Positions 9,223 through 18,399 of a stretch of 33,682 bases of DNA are shown piece after piece. Origin of the DNA: a virus; UHGV virus genome UHGV-0018978; one strand, given 5' to 3'. Each line of letters opens with the position of its first letter. Positions within the stretch are counted from its first letter, which is position 1. Under the pieces are notes generated by a model. That model did no database searches. It was not told where the DNA came from and saw only the letters and a program-made list of their open reading frames with translations. Position numbers and translations under genes: made by a program.

Positions 9223-11069
9223 TACCCTTGCTCCACGCTGGTGACGCCAGCCTGCGCACTGAGTCTGACGCCGGGTTGATCCACTCTGACACTTTTCACG
9301 CGGGCATCACCTTCCACCACCACACGGATTTCCCCCTGCAATTGCTGCGGAAGGAAAGGATAATTCTGTGTGGGTTGCATACCTGCCCACGGTCGCGGGT
9401 CGGCAATGTTCTTGTCACCCAGCGAGTTGAACCAGTCCGTTACCTTACGCCAGACGGACTCGAGCGCTTTCTGGTTATCCTGGCTTTGTTGCGCGAACTC
9501 GCGCTCCCACGGGCTGGCGCTGGCATTACCGGCAACGAATTTTGTAAGGCTGTCAACCTCACCCGGCTGGGCATATTGCGTGGTCAGAAAATCGTAAAAC
9601 TCCAGAGCACCGGCAATGATGCCAGCGCCTTTACCTGCCTTTCCTCCACGCTTACCCGACCCCCGAGGATTGCGGGGATTGCGCGATGAATCCGGTGCAT
9701 CCGGCAGACCGCCGGTATTACCATTCATCCCGCTACTGCCCATATTGACCACATACACCGGCATCACGCCGGAGCCGAAAACATCCGTGATGCCACCGGG
9801 TATCCCTTTGCCTTTCCCTTTGGGATTCATGATGTCGTGGATGGTTTTACCGAACTGATACGTCTTTCTGATGGCGATAATGCCGCCCAGCGCGATCGCC
9901 ATATATTTACCGACCTGCAACCAGTTCTGGACAGTGTTCTGGTCCACGCTGTTGAGCGCATCAGCCAGGTCCTGAACGGGCTTTGCCAGTTGCCCTTCAG
10001 CAAAACGTTGCCATTCGTTATTCAGTGACTGTATTGCGGCATTAAAGCCTTCGGCATTGGTCTGTGCGGCCTTTTGCGTGGAACCCAGCTCAATCGTGCC
10101 GTAAATCATTTGTTCCATCAGTTGCCGGTTTTCAGGGTTGAGCAGCGCCTTAATCCCCTGCATCCCGGTCTGATCAAACACATCCTGAAGTTTCAGCGGG
10201 TCGTATTTGGCCCGTTTAAGGATTTCCATCATCAGCTCATAGGGCTTTTTGATGTCTTTTGTGCCTTTGACAAAAACGTCAATGCCGTTTTTTTTCAGGA
10301 ACTCGATGTTCTTTTTGTCCGACAGGGAAGCATACATGGCCTGAATACTGGTTACCGTCTCATCAATGCTGCCTTTGTTTTTGGCGAACACCTGAGCAAA
10401 TGCCCCCATCTGGGCAATGGCTTCCGGTCCCTGATCCTGAATGATGGAAAACAGTTTCGGGGCAGCGCGGGCAACATCGGCAACGCTTACAGACCCCACT
10501 GCGAACTGCGAATACAGCCTGTCCATCATGTTATTGACCGCATCAGCACCCCGGACGTTTTTTTCCCAGAACTGGGCCATCAGCCCGGCTGCAACCTGTC
10601 CGTCAACACCGAACGCCTGCATCATCAACCCCATGTTGCGGAGGTTGTCCACCACATACTGATAATCACCGGTTTTCCCCAGAAGTTCGCTGGCCCCCTG
10701 ACCAAGCGCAGAAGCATCAATACGAATATCTTTCTGGTTCGATACATCCCTGATTTTGTCGTGAAGCGTCTTTACCTGTTCAGTGGTTAACTGGGCATCC
10801 GTACCCATCCGGCGCATCTGCGCATCAAAATCGGCAACCTGTTTGATGGTAAGACTACTGCCAAGCCCGGCTATCATTGCCGTGTAGCGGTTACCAAGCG
10901 TATCAAGGCCGCGTCCTGCGGCCTCCGTTGTGGCTTTGACAAGGCGCATGGCCTTCTGATGGTTCCGGGCGAACTGCGACATATTTGCGCCGTACTGCCG
11001 GGCTTTGGCGGTCAGGTTCCCGGCAAGGTTGATCATGATTTCCGTGCTGAGACGGTTACCTGTTGCCAT
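9222..11069 (-). CDS. Tail tape measure protein
   Basis: 615-aa ORF between the tail chaperone and baseplate genes; Gly-rich stretches (GKGKGIPGG, GSGKRGGKAGKGAG) and predicted helical regions. Confidence 0.7.
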   Translation of the reverse strand: MATGNRLSTEIMINLAGNLTAKARQYGANMSQFARNHQKAMRLVKATTEAAGRGLDTLGNRYTAMIAGLGSSLTIKQVADFDAQMRRMGTDAQLTTEQVKTLHDKIRDVSNQKDIRIDASALGQGASELLGKTGDYQYVVDNLRNMGLMMQAFGVDGQVAAGLMAQFWEKNVRGADAVNNMMDRLYSQFAVGSVSVADVARAAPKLFSIIQDQGPEAIAQMGAFAQVFAKNKGSIDETVTSIQAMYASLSDKKNIEFLKKNGIDVFVKGTKDIKKPYELMMEILKRAKYDPLKLQDVFDQTGMQGIKALLNPENRQLMEQMIYGTIELGSTQKAAQTNAEGFNAAIQSLNNEWQRFAEGQLAKPVQDLADALNSVDQNTVQNWLQVGKYMAIALGGIIAIRKTYQFGKTIHDIMNPKGKGKGIPGGITDVFGSGVMPVYVVNMGSSGMNGNTGGLPDAPDSSRNPRNPRGSGKRGGKAGKGAGIIAGALEFYDFLTTQYAQPGEVDSLTKFVAGNASASPWEREFAQQSQDNQKALESVWRKVTDWFNSLGDKNIADPRPWAGMQPTQNYPFLPQQLQGEIRVVVEGDARVKSVRVDQPGVRLSAQAGVTSVEQG

Positions 11070-11155
11070 GCTGTTTCTCCAGTTGCTTTATCAGGCGGAA
11101 CAGCTGCCGCAGGGGCAGCTGTTCCAGGTACTGAATGCTGAATCGCTGAGACAGG

Positions 11156-11551
11156 TTAACCAGCAGGTTCATCAGTGCCGCCGCCAGCGGCATCAGTTCG
11201 CCCCCGCGTTGCCACCTCCTCAAGCATTTCATCCAGCGCAGCAGCTTTGGTGCTGATAAGCTCAAGGTCTGCCGGGTGGAGCATTCGCAGCTGTTTCATG
11301 TCCAGCGGACCGGGGATATTGCCGATGGCCGCAACCTGACGGCGCATCATCTCCAGCCCCATCAGCACTTCAGAACAGTAGGCCACCGCCTTTCCGTTCC
11401 CACCCAGGACGACGCGTTCTGCGGCCAGTTGTGCATCAATCACATCACTGGCGGTCAGTTCGCGCAGCTTCACGGTTTTATGCAGGGTTTCATCTGCCGT
11501 ACCTTTGCCGGTCAGAAGCCCATGTTTCAGTTCAAATGTCATTTCAGCCAT
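11156..11551 (-). CDS. Tail assembly chaperone (Mu gp41-like)
   Basis: 131-aa acidic ORF between tail tube and tape measure, the conserved chaperone slot. An overlapping ORF at 11056-11265 in another frame might be a frameshift extension. Confidence 0.5.
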   Translation of the reverse strand: MAEMTFELKHGLLTGKGTADETLHKTVKLRELTASDVIDAQLAAERVVLGGNGKAVAYCSEVLMGLEMMRRQVAAIGNIPGPLDMKQLRMLHPADLELISTKAAALDEMLEEVATRGRTDAAGGGTDEPAG

Positions 11552-11552
11552 G

Positions 11553-11909
11553 TCACACCTTCACGCATTTTTCACCGATAAAGTTGGCACTGATGGTGCC
11601 GGAATCCTCGTCCAGCTCTGCCGGGTTATCCGTGGCGGAACCCGTCATCATGTAGTTCAGGCCATTGTCGCCGTAGAACATCACCGTGACGTCTTCCCAG
11701 CTGCTGATTTCAATCACGTCCATATCCGCAGCCGCCGCAATGGTCACCTTGATGGACGGCGAGGCCATCTTGCTGGAGATGCCCCAGACCTTGCCGCCGC
11801 CCATATGCTGGGTGCGGCTGAAGCCGCCCGGATTCAGTATGGATTTCCCCTCGGTTTTAATTTCGCGGCCATTCACGCGAATGGTCGCCATGCCAAGAAT
11901 TTTTGCCAT
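11553..11909 (-). CDS. Tail tube protein
   Basis: 118-aa ORF immediately downstream of the sheath gene. Confidence 0.7.
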   Translation of the reverse strand: MAKILGMATIRVNGREIKTEGKSILNPGGFSRTQHMGGGKVWGISSKMASPSIKVTIAAAADMDVIEISSWEDVTVMFYGDNGLNYMMTGSATDNPAELDEDSGTISANFIGEKCVKV

Positions 11910-11918
11910 GCGGCCCCC

Positions 11919-13394
11919 TTAAAGTTTGAACTGAATCAGGCCTGCCAGCACACGCAGCTGGTTCACCAGATTCGGGTGGCAGATAAAGTTCAGGCGGTTT
12001 TTATCGCTGCTGTCGCGTGTCACCTGAAGCGTGTCCTTGTAATCGCTGAAGTTCTCCACAAGGCCCGCAGGAATAAGTTCGGTCTGGCAGATATCCAGCA
12101 GCTCTGCGGTGCACAGCTTCGGCGTCATCACCGGCTGACCGGCATCCAGTGAGTCCAGCACGTCATCATCTGCCAGCTTGTGGCGCGGATAACGGTTCGT
12201 GAAACGATTTTTGATGATGTAACGGATACGGCCCAGCGTGGCTGGGGACTGCACATCAAGGTACGACACATCCGCATCACCGTACTGATTAACCCGGTAC
12301 ATGGTGATTTCACGCTCGATGCAGACGTTATCCCCGGCGTCCACCATGTGTGTGGCAATGCCGTCATGCAGCAGCAGGTTACGTTCCGGCATATCCCAGC
12401 GAACATTACGCGCAGGCGGCAGAATGCCGGTCAGGACCAGCGTCTGAAGCGGACGCGCCGGGTCAATGGCAAGGTGATACGCTGCCGTTGCGCCGTATGA
12501 CGCGGCCCACATCCACGCCGGGTGCGGTGACAGGTTGGTGCCGATACAGCTAATCAGCCAGTCATTGCGGGTTTCACCAAACGTGCCTGTCTCGCCGTGT
12601 GTGCCACGAAACGCCGTCCACAACTGCGCCTCCATCATTTTGAGCGGCCCCCAGCGGTTCAGCAGTTCATCACGCAGGGTGTTCAGGCTTTGCGTGTCGG
12701 TGAACGGGGCGATGATATCGGTAAACCACTCCGGGCCGATGGCCGCAACGGCATCCGCCATTTCCGGTGTCCCGGTGCCGCCGGTAAACGCGGTGGCAGT
12801 CACCTTCACACCTGCCGGGAAGGCCTCACCGGTGTAGTAGTTCAGGCGAACGTCGGCACCGTTGCCGGTGACACCGTGCCAGTTCACGGTCAGCTCCACG
12901 GTATCCGTGGCATCATCCTTCACCGCAGCGATCACCTGTGTGGCAGGCTTTTTCGTCACCGCATCAGCAATGGCTTTTGCAATGTTTTCCTTCGTGTCCC
13001 CGGCGCTCACGCTCACCTGAACGGAGACACCGTTAATCAGCAGCGCCACCGTTCCGGCTTCAGTCGCTGTACCCAGTACGGTCAGCGTGGCTTTTGCGGC
13101 AGCGCCTTCTGGCGCGGCAACCGGCATTGCCCAGGTTTCCGTGTACGTGTTGGCACGACGCAGCATTTTGAGCATTTCAGCCAGCATCGACCCTTTGCCA
13201 TAAAGCTGGTCTGCCTGGCTGTCACTGGTGATGCGGGTCAGTGACAGGGCGTCTGCGCTGCCGGACGATACCGCATGGCCCATGACCAGAATTTTTCGGC
13301 TTTGCGCGGATGCACCATCCAGCGCCTGTGAATTGTCGATATCGATCCAGACAAGCGGGACACGAATATCATCAGGAATTGAACCCAGCGACAT
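11919..13394 (-). CDS. Contractile tail sheath protein
   Basis: About 491 aa. Start moved to the ATG at 13394, which has an AAGAGGAAG Shine-Dalgarno 7 nt upstream; the listed ORF runs to 13463. Confidence 0.75.
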   Translation of the reverse strand: MSLGSIPDDIRVPLVWIDIDNSQALDGASAQSRKILVMGHAVSSGSADALSLTRITSDSQADQLYGKGSMLAEMLKMLRRANTYTETWAMPVAAPEGAAAKATLTVLGTATEAGTVALLINGVSVQVSVSAGDTKENIAKAIADAVTKKPATQVIAAVKDDATDTVELTVNWHGVTGNGADVRLNYYTGEAFPAGVKVTATAFTGGTGTPEMADAVAAIGPEWFTDIIAPFTDTQSLNTLRDELLNRWGPLKMMEAQLWTAFRGTHGETGTFGETRNDWLISCIGTNLSPHPAWMWAASYGATAAYHLAIDPARPLQTLVLTGILPPARNVRWDMPERNLLLHDGIATHMVDAGDNVCIEREITMYRVNQYGDADVSYLDVQSPATLGRIRYIIKNRFTNRYPRHKLADDDVLDSLDAGQPVMTPKLCTAELLDICQTELIPAGLVENFSDYKDTLQVTRDSSDKNRLNFICHPNLVNQLRVLAGLIQFKL

Positions 13395-13398
13395 AGAT

Positions 13399-13617
13399 TT
13401 ACTTCCTCTTTCGTTTCTGGTTTTTGGTTTCAGAGAGGGGTGTTTCTGCCGGAATGTCAGCAATCACCACATCCCCCTCGGCTTCACGACGTCGCCAGTA
13501 CGCCCCGACGTCGAGACGTTCCCCTTCCGGGGATAAATGCGCGCCATCCGGTTTACGGACACGGACGTTTTCCCGCGCTGGCTTAATCAGTTTCTGTTCC
13601 ATCGTCACCCCGTACAT
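13399..13617 (-). CDS. Small conserved Mu-like phage protein, basic C-terminus
   Basis: 72-aa ORF ending KRKRK, stop just upstream of the sheath start. Start may be the internal Met at 13602. Confidence 0.45.
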   Translation of the reverse strand: MYGVTMEQKLIKPARENVRVRKPDGAHLSPEGERLDVGAYWRRREAEGDVVIADIPAETPLSETKNQKRKRK

Positions 13618-14194
13618 GGATCACGTCGTTAATTTCAGTGTGTTCACCGCTACGCAGCGTTGCCCCGAGGCGCAGGAAGTCCGGGAGCGCGGCGAGGTCA
13701 ATCTCTTCATCCAGCTGAAATTCCTGCTCCCACGTCACCGCCCACATGGTGACGCCCAGCCCGTCGAGGCTGGCGGAGTAAATGTTGTCTGCCCGTACAT
13801 CAGCAGCCATGCGTTCAGCCCCCATGCCCCCGGTGGCATCCGACGACAGCAGACGTTTGATCACCTTCCCGGTCAGCACTTCACAGCGCACATCGCGGGA
13901 ATACCCCCACGAATCCGTTGCCATGATGTAAGCCACCCAGGTAACCAGACCGGACAGCCCACCGCGCGGGTTGATATCCCGGATGCGCAGGGCAGCTACC
14001 CGGATACAGCCGGTACGACCGGACAGATAGCGTTTCACTTCTTCCGGGCTGTTGAACTGGCCGATGTGACGCTCCACCACGTCGGCCCGGTCAGGGGTTT
14101 TCCCCTGAAGTGCTGTTTTCAGCCAGGCCACAATGCGCTCTGCGGCCGCAACGGTGCTCCCCGGTGTGCGCAGTTCAGGGCGTTGTTCTGTCAT
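13583..14194 (-). CDS. Mu-like phage structural/morphogenesis protein
   Basis: 203-aa ORF in the head-tail joining block between head and sheath genes. Confidence 0.5.
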   Translation of the reverse strand: MTEQRPELRTPGSTVAAAERIVAWLKTALQGKTPDRADVVERHIGQFNSPEEVKRYLSGRTGCIRVAALRIRDINPRGGLSGLVTWVAYIMATDSWGYSRDVRCEVLTGKVIKRLLSSDATGGMGAERMAADVRADNIYSASLDGLGVTMWAVTWEQEFQLDEEIDLAALPDFLRLGATLRSGEHTEINDVIHVRGDDGTETD

Positions 14195-14736
14195 GGCAGA
14201 ACCTCCTTCCAGAAATGACTGATAACCTGTTGCAGCTCCTGCTGGTTGGCAGAAGACAGCCCCAGAAATTCACGTTGCGGAATGTTCATCATGCGGTTAT
14301 GTGCGCCGACGGTCTGCCAGACCGGATATTTCAGCGCCCGCCCGAAACACTGCGAGATAAGCCGCTTGTGGGCGCTGACCGGCACACTGCCGGAAAAGCC
14401 GTTATTCATGATGCGGGCATAATCCAGCGGTGAACCGATACGCACCACGCGGTTTTCCACGATGTACTGGATACTCTCCAGCAGATGGCCTTCACCACGC
14501 AGCAGGCTCTGGTTGCCGTGGCGGGTCTTTTTGTACCCGTCAGACCAGTCCGGCCAGCGTTCGCCACCCGGACTGGTTTTCTCATCGATGATGCGGCGGC
14601 GGGTCTGTGATTCCACCACCGCACCGATGCTTTCCAGCAGCTCTGCCTGCAATGAACCATCTGCCAGCTTTTCAACGGCGCGGCGGATATCCTCCAGACG
14701 CTGGTCACCGCTGACCTGTACAGAAATCCCCATCAC
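14191..14736 (-). CDS. Virion morphogenesis (tail completion) protein-like
   Basis: 181-aa ORF, 4-bp overlap with its neighbour; position matches Mu head-tail genes. Confidence 0.5.
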   Translation of the reverse strand: MMGISVQVSGDQRLEDIRRAVEKLADGSLQAELLESIGAVVESQTRRRIIDEKTSPGGERWPDWSDGYKKTRHGNQSLLRGEGHLLESIQYIVENRVVRIGSPLDYARIMNNGFSGSVPVSAHKRLISQCFGRALKYPVWQTVGAHNRMMNIPQREFLGLSSANQQELQQVISHFWKEVLP

Positions 14737-15170
14737 AGCACCCCTTTCAGGTTGTTACGGGTGAACAGCCGGGCATTGGCACCCACCACAATGATTTTCC
14801 CGTGGTCGGTTTCTGCCGGGGTGGCATACGTCGGCAGGCCCAGATCACGGGTGCCGTTCGCCATCTCACGCAGGGTTTTAATGGCGTCGTCGTAGCGTTT
14901 CTGGATCAGCTCCGTGATTTGATTGTCACGCTCTGACAACCAGTAAAACGCCAGCGATACCGCCACGCGTTGCAGCGGGCGCGGGATTTCCGTCACTCCC
15001 AGCGGCAGCTGGTAGCGGCGGGACAGAAACGAATCAATTTCCGCTTCGGCATCACTAATGGCCTGACGGATTTTGTCTTCATCCAGTTCGTTGGTTTCCC
15101 GGTTAATCGCCATGTTCCAGACAAGATTGCCGTCCGCGCGTAACAGGTCTTCCTGCGTGATATACCCCAT
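14733..15170 (-). CDS. Head-tail connector-like protein (Mu gp36-like)
   Basis: 145-aa ORF in the conserved block after the capsid gene. Confidence 0.5.
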   Translation of the reverse strand: MGYITQEDLLRADGNLVWNMAINRETNELDEDKIRQAISDAEAEIDSFLSRRYQLPLGVTEIPRPLQRVAVSLAFYWLSERDNQITELIQKRYDDAIKTLREMANGTRDLGLPTYATPAETDHGKIIVVGANARLFTRNNLKGVL

Positions 15171-15481
15171 CAGCCTTTCTCCGCTTCCTGGACAATCAGA
15201 TTCGGTTCAGCCATCAGGCGGGTGGCAACCGCAGCGCTCACCGCCACATCCTCACCGGCATGTGACCAGAAACGGCCACAGCGCCAAAACCCGTTTTCAG
15301 ACACGGCCCTGACGTTCAGCCGGACAGGGGCGTCACCCTGTACAGCAACCGGGTCTTCAGCCGGACGTGGTTCATTCGCCTGACCGTCAGCCACAATAAC
15401 GTCTGCCAGCGGTGCCGGGTTTTCCTGTGCAGCGCTGTTCTTTGCGGCTTTCGCGCCTTTGGTTCCTGCTTTTTCACTCAT
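15170..15481 (-). CDS. Small Ala/Pro-rich protein downstream of the major capsid gene
   Basis: 103-aa ORF with a low-complexity A/K/P/E-rich N-terminus and a C-terminal FWRCGRFW motif. Confidence 0.45.
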   Translation of the reverse strand: MSEKAGTKGAKAAKNSAAQENPAPLADVIVADGQANEPRPAEDPVAVQGDAPVRLNVRAVSENGFWRCGRFWSHAGEDVAVSAAVATRLMAEPNLIVQEAEKG

Positions 15482-15485
15482 GACT

Positions 15486-15503
15486 CTGCCTTTTAAAAGG
15501 CAG
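15486..15503 (-). terminator. Perfect 18-bp palindrome CTGCCTTTTAAAAGGCAG between capsid and the next gene (hairpin, function uncertain)
   Basis: Seen directly in the sequence in the 71-bp gap after the major capsid stop. No clear T-run follows, so it may be a stabiliser or attenuator rather than a terminator. Confidence 0.35.
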
Positions 15504-15552
15504 TTAAAAGGGCATTCACAGCACCTTTTAACTGCGGTTTACGGATGACGGG

Positions 15553-16458
15553 TTATGCCGGGGTGGTGATGTACGGGCTGTCCACGATCTCCACATCCTT
15601 GTACCAGATGTTGGAATCGCCGCCGTTAACCAGCATGGCGTCAACAATGAGCTTCGCGTCCGCACGGTTTTTCGGCCCCACCACAAGGGTGGTCGGGCGG
15701 ATGCCCAGCGGCTCACCGTTGGTGCCCTTCATGCCCCGCAGCAACTCATTGGCTTTTTTGTAGTTCTCCACCGTCAGTGCTGCACGGGAACCGACGGCGG
15801 TCTGCCAGAAGCCGAAGCCCGCATTACAGCGACCGTCCACGCCGTACAGGAACTCGTGGTTCTTGAAGGTGTGCTCGCTGTTCAGATCGTCCAGGGCTTC
15901 AAACTTAAAGGCGCGTCGCGTCTGCCAGATGATGGGTTTCAGTACCTGCGACTCATCAATCAGGAACCACGGCTCACCCTTGTCTGATGCCGGGGTGCCG
16001 ACAACGTTGCTGTACGTGCCGTCACCCAGCGGGTGGTCTTCATCAAAGAAGTTCTGGCCGTCAAAGCACAAAGTTTTGAATCCGGCACACAGCAGGGCGT
16101 AACACAGCTTGTCCGGGAACACGGCTGTCATACGTCCATAGCGTTCAGCAGTAATGCTGTACTGACCAATCTGGTCATCTTCAATGTGTTCGCGCTTAAC
16201 GCGAATGGAACTTTCCCAGAGTTTGTTGGTGATGGTGTAACCATAACCGTCCAGCGTTGCCAGCTGACGCTCACCGACCCATTCTTTGATGTCCGGTAAA
16301 TCTTTCATCCAGCCGTAGGTGTTGGAGGCTGACGAACTCGGCACCTCAGAAGCAATGCGATTCCACTGCGGTTCGACACCACTCAGTCCACGGGTAAAGG
16401 CGGCGCTCAGGCAGGTGGTCAGCGCGTGAAGGATTTCAGAACTGACAGTCTGTCCCAT
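15553..16458 (-). CDS. Major head (capsid) subunit, Mu T-like
   Basis: 301-aa ORF immediately downstream of the protease/scaffold gene; size and synteny match Mu T. Confidence 0.8.
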   Translation of the reverse strand: MGQTVSSEILHALTTCLSAAFTRGLSGVEPQWNRIASEVPSSSASNTYGWMKDLPDIKEWVGERQLATLDGYGYTITNKLWESSIRVKREHIEDDQIGQYSITAERYGRMTAVFPDKLCYALLCAGFKTLCFDGQNFFDEDHPLGDGTYSNVVGTPASDKGEPWFLIDESQVLKPIIWQTRRAFKFEALDDLNSEHTFKNHEFLYGVDGRCNAGFGFWQTAVGSRAALTVENYKKANELLRGMKGTNGEPLGIRPTTLVVGPKNRADAKLIVDAMLVNGGDSNIWYKDVEIVDSPYITTPA

Positions 16459-17420
16459 TAGTTATTCTCCTGTTTTGGTTTAGCGGCGAGGAACTCTTCC
16501 CCGGTAATACCCATGCTGCGGCACATCGCCAGTTCGGCGTCGGTCAGTGTCTGCGCGGGTTTATCCTTGCCCTGGCTGGGCTTGTCGTTGTTCACCAGCG
16601 GCTGTGCACCTCTGGTGTACTCCGCAAACTGTTTGCGGCCTTCTTCCGTGCGGCAGGTGGCAAGGAACATGTCACGGTTTGCCGGGGCCACTTTTCCGGC
16701 TTCGATGGCCGCATCCACAAGCGCTTCTGCTTCCTTCTCTTCCAGTTGCTGAAGGCGTTGTTCTGCGGTTTCGGCACGGTTCAGTGCAAGATTGTGGGTT
16801 TCCACCGGTACAAACTTCGTCAGGTCAGGTGTCTGTGCGCGGTTCAGCGCCACCTGTTCGTTCTCCTGAAGTTGTTTAATGGCGGCCACGGTATCGTCCA
16901 CCGTGGCGGATTCAGCCAGCCCAAGCAGGCCAGTGATTTGCACAGGTACTGTCATCGGGTTTTTCTCCGTATTCAGTGCAGGAAAATCCAGGTTAGGTTT
17001 GTTGGTCAGTCCGACGCTGGACAGGCGTGTCACCACACCCTCCGCGTCATAGAAAAACGCCGGGCTGTAATAGCGGTAACGGCGTTCGCTCAGCATCCAC
17101 CGGGCGTACTCGCTCCAGACAACACGGCCTTCAATGGTGCCGCTGTCCGTCACGCGCAGTTCTTCCACCCAGCCATACGCCGGGGCTTCATCACCGCGTT
17201 GCCCTTTAATTTCGGTGGCGTGTTCAATGTCCACCGGAATTTTGATGTCGGACGAGCGGGTGACCACCTCATGCGGATTGCGGTTAATCCACGTCCGGCC
17301 ATCGCGCCCGGTGAACTCACCCACAGGGATGAGTTCGAGCCATTCCGGCAGTTGAGCAGGTGTCAGCTCAGGGATGGGTTCTGGCAGGGAAAAACACAGC
17401 GCCAGCAGTTCCGGTTGCAT
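16458..17420 (-). CDS. Head maturation protease/scaffold protein, Mu I-like
   Basis: 320-aa ORF with an N-terminal region followed by an Ala/Glu-rich helical scaffold-like C-terminus; sits between F and the capsid gene. Confidence 0.75.
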   Translation of the reverse strand: MQPELLALCFSLPEPIPELTPAQLPEWLELIPVGEFTGRDGRTWINRNPHEVVTRSSDIKIPVDIEHATEIKGQRGDEAPAYGWVEELRVTDSGTIEGRVVWSEYARWMLSERRYRYYSPAFFYDAEGVVTRLSSVGLTNKPNLDFPALNTEKNPMTVPVQITGLLGLAESATVDDTVAAIKQLQENEQVALNRAQTPDLTKFVPVETHNLALNRAETAEQRLQQLEEKEAEALVDAAIEAGKVAPANRDMFLATCRTEEGRKQFAEYTRGAQPLVNNDKPSQGKDKPAQTLTDAELAMCRSMGITGEEFLAAKPKQENN

Positions 17421-17469
17421 GTCAGTCTCCGTCGTTTGGGGTTACCGACGGTCAGTATGCGGAAGGCAG

Positions 17470-17492
17470 AAAAAAAAGCCGGATTTACCGGC
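17470..17492 (-). terminator. Rho-independent terminator (GCCGG-TAAAT-CCGGC plus T8) between F and I
   Basis: On the minus strand a 5-bp GC stem with 5-nt loop is followed by eight T. A near-identical copy lies at 25206-25227. Confidence 0.65.
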
Positions 17493-17634
17493 TTCACTGA
17501 ATACGGGGAAATACCCCCTTCAAAACCCCTTCAAAAACGCCACAGCATCTTCAAAAACGTCAGAATGCACATTCACGCCATCAGAATAAAAAACGCGTTT
17601 CTGATGCGTTTCAGGGGGATTTACGGCGGGAGGG

Positions 17635-18399
17635 TTACTCACTGTCAAAACGGGCCTGTTTTGTCGCCAGCTGGCGCGCCAGCTCCTGCTCACGGTTTAT
17701 ACCGGGATTGTAGTTCCAGCCCGGATCAATCCCTTCCGGCACATCTTCCTCTTCGCCCGTGCGTTTGTTCACCCAGCGGACAGTTCTGATTTCCGGCGCT
17801 TCGGTGTGAATGGTGCCCTGTGCCGCCAGTTGCGCATATTCACCACGGCTGACCTGACGGATGGTGCATTTGCAGCCCCAGCCGTTAGGGGCGAAATGCG
17901 TCTGCCAGAACGGGTGGTCTACAGGCAGACACAGACGCGCCCATTTCACATGCTCCGCCCGGTGCTCGCGGGATGGCCCCAGCTCGTAAATCAGATACGG
18001 CATGGCCCGCTTTGTCCGTTGAATGCGTTCCCACTGGCCCGCCGCGCGGGCGGTGCGCATGTTGGTATCAAAAATCGTGCGGAGGCGGCGGTCGCTGCCC
18101 AGCTGTACGGTGCGGGTTTCGCCCGTCAGCGGATCATCCATCTCCTGTACGCCCCACCATCCGCGTTTTATCAGCAGCGGTTGCAGCGCCTCCCGGAACT
18201 CGCTGAACGTCTGCCCGCTTTGCAGGGCGTCTTCCACAAGGGCTTTCACATCCGACAACAAATCCAGTTGCAGCATTTTTGCCACGGTGAAGCTGTTCCG
18301 GTGTTCTTCCCGCCATACATCCCGGTAATCAAAACCGGGGCGCAGCTTCTTCGCCTTCAGCCACGCCAGCGCCTCTTTCGGGATGAGGGTTTCACGCAT
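17635..18399 (-). CDS. Head morphogenesis protein, Mu F-like
   Basis: About 254 aa. Start taken at the ATG at 18399 (GGGAG Shine-Dalgarno upstream); the listed ORF runs to 18456 and would overlap the portal gene by 65 nt. Confidence 0.75.
   Translation of the reverse strand: MRETLIPKEALAWLKAKKLRPGFDYRDVWREEHRNSFTVAKMLQLDLLSDVKALVEDALQSGQTFSEFREALQPLLIKRGWWGVQEMDDPLTGETRTVQLGSDRRLRTIFDTNMRTARAAGQWERIQRTKRAMPYLIYELGPSREHRAEHVKWARLCLPVDHPFWQTHFAPNGWGCKCTIRQVSRGEYAQLAAQGTIHTEAPEIRTVRWVNKRTGEEEDVPEGIDPGWNYNPGINREQELARQLATKQARFDSE

Noticed and set aside
17421-17634. A Mu G-like gene between F and I
   Set aside because: The 214-bp gap contains no ORF and is occupied by an intrinsic terminator and a presumptive promoter region.
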